Part shown: piece by piece, positions 31,814-37,447 of the stretch
Numbering within the stretch: position 1 is the stretch's first letter
Layout of the letters: every line of letters begins with the position of its first letter
Made by a program: the position numbers and the translations under genes
IMG/VR virus record: IMGVR_UViG_3300016474_000241
Span: 1 to 37,447 of that record
Length of the DNA stretch: 37,447 bases
Reading direction: 5' to 3' (one strand)
DNA from: a virus
Lineage: Duplodnaviria > Caudoviricetes
The notes under the pieces: generated by a model
The model's database searches: none
Told to the model about the DNA's origin: nothing
Seen by the model: the letters and a program-made list of their open reading frames with translations, nothing else

Positions 31814-33406
31814 ATGCCGCTGCAGCCGCTTGCCCCCTTCAAAGTTCCTAGAAGGGCATCTGCCGCACAGACTGCGCAGATCGCCGTCATTCCCGCCCCG
31901 ACGGGCGGCCTGAACTACCGCGACCCCATCAGCGCCATGTCGCCGATGGACGCGCTGATCCTGACCAACTTCATCCCTAAACAGCAGGGCGTCGAGCTCC
32001 GCAAGGGCTGGCAGCAAACCACTGCGTCGTTGGAACAGTCGATCGAGTCGGTGTTTGGCTACACCGCCCCGAACCCCGAAGACAACAAGGTGTTCGTGGC
32101 CGCCAACGGCAACATCTACGACGTGACCGACGGCACCTACACAGTGGCCGTTTCGGGCACCGGCAGCGATGCGGACGAGTGGTGGACCACGCAGTTCTCG
32201 ACCCCCGGCGACACCTTCCTGCTGGCCGTCTCGCCTGGCGCGGGCTACTGGACTTACAGCACGGGTTCCGGCTGGGTGGACCGCACCTCAAGCACGACTG
32301 GCCTGCCCGCCACCGTTCGCACGGTGGCCGTGTGGAAGCAGCGCGTGTGGTTCACGGCCGAGGGCGATTCCAACGTCTACTACCTCGACAACGTGGACGT
32401 GGTGACGGGCACGGCCACATCGTTTGCGATGGGCTCGACGCTGCGCAACGGCGGCTACTGTTCCGCGCTGATCAACTGGACGATGGACGCCGGTTTCTCG
32501 ATCGACGACTACCTGATCGTGGTCGGCACCGAAGGCGACATCGGCGTCTGGGAGGGCACCGACCCGACCAGCCCCGACACCTTCCGGCTGCGCGGGGTTT
32601 GGTACGTCGGCCCGGTGCCGCGTCATGGCCAGTATTTCACGCCCTTTGGCGGCGACGTGATGATCGTCTCCGAGCTTGGCTTGGTCCCCATGTCCAAGCT
32701 GGTCGCCGGCCAGTACAGCCAAGACCAGCAGATCGGCCCGGCCAGCAAGATCCAGTCGGTGTTTGCGCCCTTGGTGCGCAAGCAGATCAACCAGAAATTC
32801 TTTGATGTGTTCGTGGTGCCGTCGTCCGACGTGCTGGTGATCAAGATGCCGGCCGACGCAGGAACCTATCGCCAGTTCGCCATGAACGTCACCACGGGTG
32901 CCTGGTGCCAGTTTGTGGGGATGCCCATGCGCAGCGCGGCTGTCATCGGTGGCCAGCTCTACTTTGGCACCAACGACGGCTACACCTGCTTGGGCTTGCA
33001 TGGCAACAAGGACGGCGCAGACGAATTCGGCGTGGGCGGCAACCCAATCGAAGGTGACGTGCAGACGGCTTTCCAAGCCTTCAACACGCCCGCGCAGCTC
33101 AAAAAATTCGGCATGGCGCGTCCGATCTTCATCGCTACCGCCGAGCCGGCTGTCAAGCTGGTAGTGAACACGCAGTTCTTGTTCAGCACCGTCGGCGGCT
33201 CCCCGTACTTCTTTGAGGACGACAGCGGTATCTGGGACGTGAGCCAATGGAACGGCGCAAATTGGGTTGGCCAGAACACCTACCAGGCATGGTTTGGTAC
33301 GACGGGCCTGGGGTATTACGGCTCGCTGCGCATGAAGGTGCGCGGCCTGCCAGCAACTGTATTTACGTCCGCTCATATGATGACTGAGCTGGGCGGCGTG
33401 ATGTGA
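31814..33406 (+). CDS. Tail tubular protein B / packaged-DNA stabilisation (nozzle) protein
   Basis: ~530 aa, beta-rich; PAPTGGLN.RD..N..P....V.LRKG; podovirus synteny. Confidence 0.7.
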   Translation: MPLQPLAPFKVPRRASAAQTAQIAVIPAPTGGLNYRDPISAMSPMDALILTNFIPKQQGVELRKGWQQTTASLEQSIESVFGYTAPNPEDNKVFVAANGNIYDVTDGTYTVAVSGTGSDADEWWTTQFSTPGDTFLLAVSPGAGYWTYSTGSGWVDRTSSTTGLPATVRTVAVWKQRVWFTAEGDSNVYYLDNVDVVTGTATSFAMGSTLRNGGYCSALINWTMDAGFSIDDYLIVVGTEGDIGVWEGTDPTSPDTFRLRGVWYVGPVPRHGQYFTPFGGDVMIVSELGLVPMSKLVAGQYSQDQQIGPASKIQSVFAPLVRKQINQKFFDVFVVPSSDVLVIKMPADAGTYRQFAMNVTTGAWCQFVGMPMRSAAVIGGQLYFGTNDGYTCLGLHGNKDGADEFGVGGNPIEGDVQTAFQAFNTPAQLKKFGMARPIFIATAEPAVKLVVNTQFLFSTVGGSPYFFEDDSGIWDVSQWNGANWVGQNTYQAWFGTTGLGYYGSLRMKVRGLPATVFTSAHMMTELGGVM

Positions 33407-33416
33407 GGAGAGTGAA

Positions 33417-34430
33417 ATGGCCAGCGCACCGAGCTTAAGAGATCTTGTCGAGTCAACGGGAACGACGATTGACGACTGGTTCTATAACACCGCAAATCCT
33501 CAGTACGACCAAAATCAGAAACTGCTGGCAGACGCCAGCAGCGCTCTATACGGCAATGTTGGAGCAAACCTGGACACTCGAAACTGGGATGAGATCCTGG
33601 CTTCGGACAACACAATTCAGGCGGCAAACGACGCGCTTGCCGCGATGTATTCGGACCCGACTTACAGAGAGAAAAACACAGCAAATTTGGCTCAGCAAGG
33701 GTACAGCCCGGCTCAGGCGTACTACACCTACAACCAGATGAACGATCGTGTGGGCGCGAATTATGTGCCGACTTTAAATGAGGTAAACGCGGTCAACGAT
33801 TACTTTCAACAGCTCGGCATTCCAGATGTCAAATGGAGTTTTGACGGTGGCAAGGTGAACACCAGCGGCACCGCCGGCGGGTCATCTGTCAATACTGGCG
33901 TTAATACTTTGAGTGCAGGCGGCTCCCAAGTCAATCAAGTAGCGGCCGGCAGCCAAAGTCAGCAGCCCCAGGTGATGGGGCCCTTGCTGCCTGGCACTTA
34001 CGGCGGCGGCTGGAATGGTCGTCAGGCCGTGGGTGCGGCCGACGGCTCAATGATGGGCGCGGGCGACGCCAACTACCACAGCTCGCTGATCAGGTCGCTG
34101 CGGCAAAACTCGATGACGCCGTTCAGCACCAACGCAGGCGTGCTGATGGCCCCGAATCAGGGCTCCACCAGCAGCAACTGGACGCCGCCTATCAATGGCG
34201 GCGGCGGCGCTTTCAACCCGCAAGTGCTCAACTCCCGCGTGGCGTCCCCGCAGGAGATTGCGGACTGGAACGCCTACAGCACCTATCGCACCAACTCGCT
34301 GAACTCAAAAACACCGATCGTGAGCTTCGCCGAATGGCTGGCTGGCGGCAAAGTCGATGGCACAAAGCAGGATCCGACGACTCCGACCGTGACTGACCCC
34401 GTTTATGACTCAAGCCTGGGTGGTGGATGA
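33417..34430 (+). CDS. Hypothetical virion-region protein
   Basis: 337 aa, Asn/Ser/Gly-rich, GAGGAG RBS. Confidence 0.65.
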   Translation: MASAPSLRDLVESTGTTIDDWFYNTANPQYDQNQKLLADASSALYGNVGANLDTRNWDEILASDNTIQAANDALAAMYSDPTYREKNTANLAQQGYSPAQAYYTYNQMNDRVGANYVPTLNEVNAVNDYFQQLGIPDVKWSFDGGKVNTSGTAGGSSVNTGVNTLSAGGSQVNQVAAGSQSQQPQVMGPLLPGTYGGGWNGRQAVGAADGSMMGAGDANYHSSLIRSLRQNSMTPFSTNAGVLMAPNQGSTSSNWTPPINGGGGAFNPQVLNSRVASPQEIADWNAYSTYRTNSLNSKTPIVSFAEWLAGGKVDGTKQDPTTPTVTDPVYDSSLGGG

Positions 34431-34831
34431 AGCTGGTAACCGACAAGCCCGGTGAGCACCCAGTGATCTGGGAATGGATGAGGCGGCGCGTCGGATTGCC
34501 CTGGTCGTCGGACCTTAGGACGATCGGGGTGATGCGGGACGATGGGACAATAGCGGCAGCAGTTGGATTCAACTCTTGGACGCATGAGAGCTGCTGGATG
34601 CACGTCGCGTTCGACGGGCCTCACAGCATGACCAGAGATCTGATGCGGGCGGCGTTCAAGTACCCGTTTCAGGACTGTGGCAAGGCGGCGATCTACGCGC
34701 TGCCGTACAAGGACAACGATGAAGCGATGCGCTTCATCCCGAAGATGGGTTTTAGGGAATTGGCGCGGACTGTGGACTGCGTGATGTTTGAAATGAAGGC
34801 AGAGGACTGCCGCTGGATCAAGGAGAACTGA
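34427..34831 (+). CDS. GNAT-fold tail-assembly protein
   Basis: AAF.YPF...N..A.RF..KMGF.E; precedes the ejection genes as in many podoviruses. Confidence 0.7.
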   Translation: MKLVTDKPGEHPVIWEWMRRRVGLPWSSDLRTIGVMRDDGTIAAAVGFNSWTHESCWMHVAFDGPHSMTRDLMRAAFKYPFQDCGKAAIYALPYKDNDEAMRFIPKMGFRELARTVDCVMFEMKAEDCRWIKEN

Positions 34832-34832
34832 C

Positions 34833-35978
34833 ATGGGTGGAAAAGGTAGCGCACCAGCGACGCCCGACTATCTCGGCGCAACACAGCTTCAGGGCGAGCT
34901 CAACAAAGAGAACCTGAACACGCAGAACTACGCCAACCGACCGACGATCAACACGCCGTTCGGTACGCAGTCGTGGGGCACTCAGTCGGTCACTGACCCG
35001 GCCACCGGCCAGGTCGTCACGCAATGGACGCAGAACAACACGCTTGCGCCGGGCTTGCAGAGCGCGTTGCAGGACCAGATCAACATTCAGTCGGGCCGCA
35101 GCAACCTGGCCAACAACTTCATGGGCCGCGTGGCCAATGAGTACGGCACCGCGCCCGACTACAGCAACCTGCCCAACATGGCGCAGGCGGCGCAACCCGG
35201 CAGCCTGCAGACCGGCACCACCGACTATGTGCCCGGCCTGGCCACGTCGTTCAACTTTGGCAGCCCGCTTCCCCAGTTCGATTCGTCCTACCGCGACACG
35301 GTGGCGAACCAGCTGATGCAGAAGATGCAGCCGACGCACGACTACCAACAGCGCCAGCTTGAGGCCAAGCTATCAAACATGGGTTTCCGCGCCGGCACCG
35401 AAGGCTACGACCGCGAGCTCAAGAACCTGGCCAACCGCCAGGCAGCCGAGCGCTACAACGCGCTCGACACTGCAGGCAACGAGGCACAGCGCCTCTACAA
35501 CATGCAGATGGGCACCGCGCAACAGTCGTTCAACCAAAACCAAGCTGCGGCCCAGTTCCAAAACCAGGCCTTGGGTCAGGCCAACGCGCTCGACCTCGCC
35601 AACATGCAGGCGGGCAACCAGGCGATGGCGCAGCAGTACAACCTGAACCAGCAGTTTGCGAACTCGCAAAACCAGCTGCGCCAGCAGGCGATCGCCGAGA
35701 TGCTGCAGCGTCGCGGCACCTCGCTCAACGAGATGAACGCGCTGCTCAATGGCCAGCAGGTGCAGATGCCTCAAATGCCGTCGTTCAACACCGCCGGCAT
35801 GGCGCAGACGCCCAACATCGTCGGCGCGCTGCAGTCGCAGTACGACGCGCAGCTGGGTGCGTACAACGCCCAGAACGCAGGCATGAACAATCTGCTTGGT
35901 GCTGGTGCTCAGCTGGGCGCGGCGTATCTGATGGGGCCGGCAGGTGCTGCTGGCAGCAAGGGCCTGTTCGGCTTCTAA
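34833..35978 (+). CDS. DNA ejection / pilot protein (putative)
   Basis: MGGKGSAP start, Gln/Asn/Ala-rich, Gly-rich hydrophobic C-terminus. Confidence 0.65.
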   Translation: MGGKGSAPATPDYLGATQLQGELNKENLNTQNYANRPTINTPFGTQSWGTQSVTDPATGQVVTQWTQNNTLAPGLQSALQDQINIQSGRSNLANNFMGRVANEYGTAPDYSNLPNMAQAAQPGSLQTGTTDYVPGLATSFNFGSPLPQFDSSYRDTVANQLMQKMQPTHDYQQRQLEAKLSNMGFRAGTEGYDRELKNLANRQAAERYNALDTAGNEAQRLYNMQMGTAQQSFNQNQAAAQFQNQALGQANALDLANMQAGNQAMAQQYNLNQQFANSQNQLRQQAIAEMLQRRGTSLNEMNALLNGQQVQMPQMPSFNTAGMAQTPNIVGALQSQYDAQLGAYNAQNAGMNNLLGAGAQLGAAYLMGPAGAAGSKGLFGF

Positions 35979-35988
35979 GGAGTAAACG

Positions 35989-36357
35989 ATGAACGACGAT
36001 CTGATGTTTGACTACCTGGTCGCAATGGGCCAGATGCGCCCAGAAGAAGCCGAGCTCAAGAAAAAGCAGGCAATGGTGGACGCGCTGCGCAAGGGTGCGA
36101 TGACGCCCATGCAAGGCGAGATGATCGGCAAGCACTACGTTGCCCCCGGCATCGCTGGCGCGATCAGTCAGCTCGGCCAGGCCTACATGGCTGGCCAAGG
36201 CCAGCAAGGCGTCGATGCGCAGCAGCGCGACATGAACTCGCGCCAGGCTCAGCTGCTCGAGGATCTGCGCAAGCGCCGCCGTGGCATGGCCAGCGGCTAC
36301 GCGGGTGACCCCACGGCCATCGGCTACGACACAGGCTACGACTTTGGAGGCCAATGA
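35989..36357 (+). CDS. Small internal virion protein (putative)
   Basis: AAGGAG RBS, 122 aa, G..IG..YVAP motif. Confidence 0.6.
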   Translation: MNDDLMFDYLVAMGQMRPEEAELKKKQAMVDALRKGAMTPMQGEMIGKHYVAPGIAGAISQLGQAYMAGQGQQGVDAQQRDMNSRQAQLLEDLRKRRRGMASGYAGDPTAIGYDTGYDFGGQ

Positions 36358-37447
36358 TGCCTTTCGATCCAATGACCCCCACCGACTACAGCCTGGTGCC
36401 TGAGGATGTGCCTCAACCAGGCATGGTACTCAAGAAGGCCCGCGCCAAAACCTCGGCCGGCGGCACGCTGAGCAACACCGTCGCGCCTGGCGAGTCGGTG
36501 CTGCCCTACACGCGCCAGCGCTTGGCCAAGGTGTACGGCGAGCTCGACAAGCTCGACAACCAGGACGTGGACACCAGCGCGCTGCAAGCCTTCGCCAAGC
36601 AGCAAGGCGAGCAAGGTCAAAGTGCCATGCTCAACGCGCTGGCGGCTCAATTTGCCGGCGAGAACTTTGATCCGATCCAGGCCCAGTACACCAAGCGCGC
36701 AGCTGCAGCCTCCGAACCGATGAAGATCGGCGGCGGCATTCTCACGCCCGAAGGCCAATTCATCAAAGACCCGTTCGCCATGCGCGACTCGCGCCGCACC
36801 TCGCTCGAGCGCCAGGCCGCCAGCATGGAGAAGCTGCTCACCGATGAGCGCGAGCACGCGCTGCGCCGCGAAGACCGCCTACGCTCTCAGGAATCGCTGG
36901 ACGCCTACCGCAACGCGACCTTGGCTCTCCGAGGCAACGACGGTGCTCACGACTCTCGCCTGTGGCGCGCCGAGGACACGCTGCGCAACGACTTCGACAA
37001 GCTGACCAAAGACCTGCGCGAAGAGGTGAACGCCACCGGCAAGATCACGCAGATTGTGGGCGCGACACCGCCTGGCCAAAAGCCCGACGCGATCACGCAG
37101 CAGTCGCTGGTGATCCTGCTCAACAAGTTCCTCGACCCCGGCTCGGTGGTCCGCGAGGGTGAATTCGACCGCGTGGTGAAAGCGCAGGGCCTTGAGGGCC
37201 GCGCACGCAACCTGTCCGACCGCATCCTCAAGGGCCAGCCCCTGGACGCCAACACGATCGCGCAGATCAACGGCTTGGCGCAGCTCTACAGCGAGGCGGC
37301 CAACAGCAAAATCCAGAAGTACGCCAACGACTACACCGCAATCGCCACGCGCCGCAAGCTGAACCCGGAGAACGTGATCAGCGACCCGCGCTACCGTGGT
37401 GCCGGTTCTGCCGGCGGCAACGTGGTGGACTTCAACAGCCTGCCGAA
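36357..37447 (+). CDS. DNA ejection protein (putative); continues across the circular junction to the stop at 24-26
   Basis: Missing from the ORF track because it has no stop in the window; MPFDPMTP...KFLDPGSVVREGEF...VVDFNSLPK*; GGAGG RBS. Confidence 0.75.
   Translation, partial: MPFDPMTPTDYSLVPEDVPQPGMVLKKARAKTSAGGTLSNTVAPGESVLPYTRQRLAKVYGELDKLDNQDVDTSALQAFAKQQGEQGQSAMLNALAAQFAGENFDPIQAQYTKRAAAASEPMKIGGGILTPEGQFIKDPFAMRDSRRTSLERQAASMEKLLTDEREHALRREDRLRSQESLDAYRNATLALRGNDGAHDSRLWRAEDTLRNDFDKLTKDLREEVNATGKITQIVGATPPGQKPDAITQQSLVILLNKFLDPGSVVREGEFDRVVKAQGLEGRARNLSDRILKGQPLDANTIAQINGLAQLYSEAANSKIQKYANDYTAIATRRKLNPENVISDPRYRGAGSAGGNVVDFNSLP
37426..37447. repeat. Terminal direct repeat (copy of 1-22)
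   Basis: Exact 22-bp identity. Confidence 0.95.

Overview
The window is an apparently complete, circularly closed (22-bp terminal overlap) ~37.4-kb temperate podovirus-like phage genome. It is GC-rich and probably infects a proteobacterium; the host is an inference. Modules on the + strand: DNA-ejection proteins, tail fibre and accessory genes, and a holin/lysozyme cassette. Next comes an attP region with a complete tRNA-His(GUG) facing a convergent P22-type tyrosine integrase. A leftward early operon encodes a C5 methyltransferase, a RuvC-like resolvase, a Cas4-like exonuclease, a DUF669 SSB and a Sak4-like ATPase. It is followed by a cI/cro switch, a RepB-primase/AAA helicase fusion, a putative iteron + DnaA-box origin, and the packaging, head and tail genes. 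Main observations: (1) The attP core appears to be a separate 12-bp copy of the tRNA-His anticodon loop (8016-8027), centred between two tandem arm-site pairs, with a complete tRNA-His ~100 bp downstream. This suggests integration that destroys the host tRNA and supplies a replacement gene. (2) A 9-13-nt motif (ACCCACGAC[A]) recurs at gene starts in sense orientation; its only antisense copies are in that tRNA and in a terminator/antiterminator switch after the capsid gene. (3) A family of 17-bp operators extends into the late genes. (4) Two structured intergenic RNAs, a nested alternative-frame gene in the methyltransferase, and a pre-toxin-like virion-region gene with a convergent small partner are also present. 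All protein calls come from motif recognition and synteny; no database search was run.
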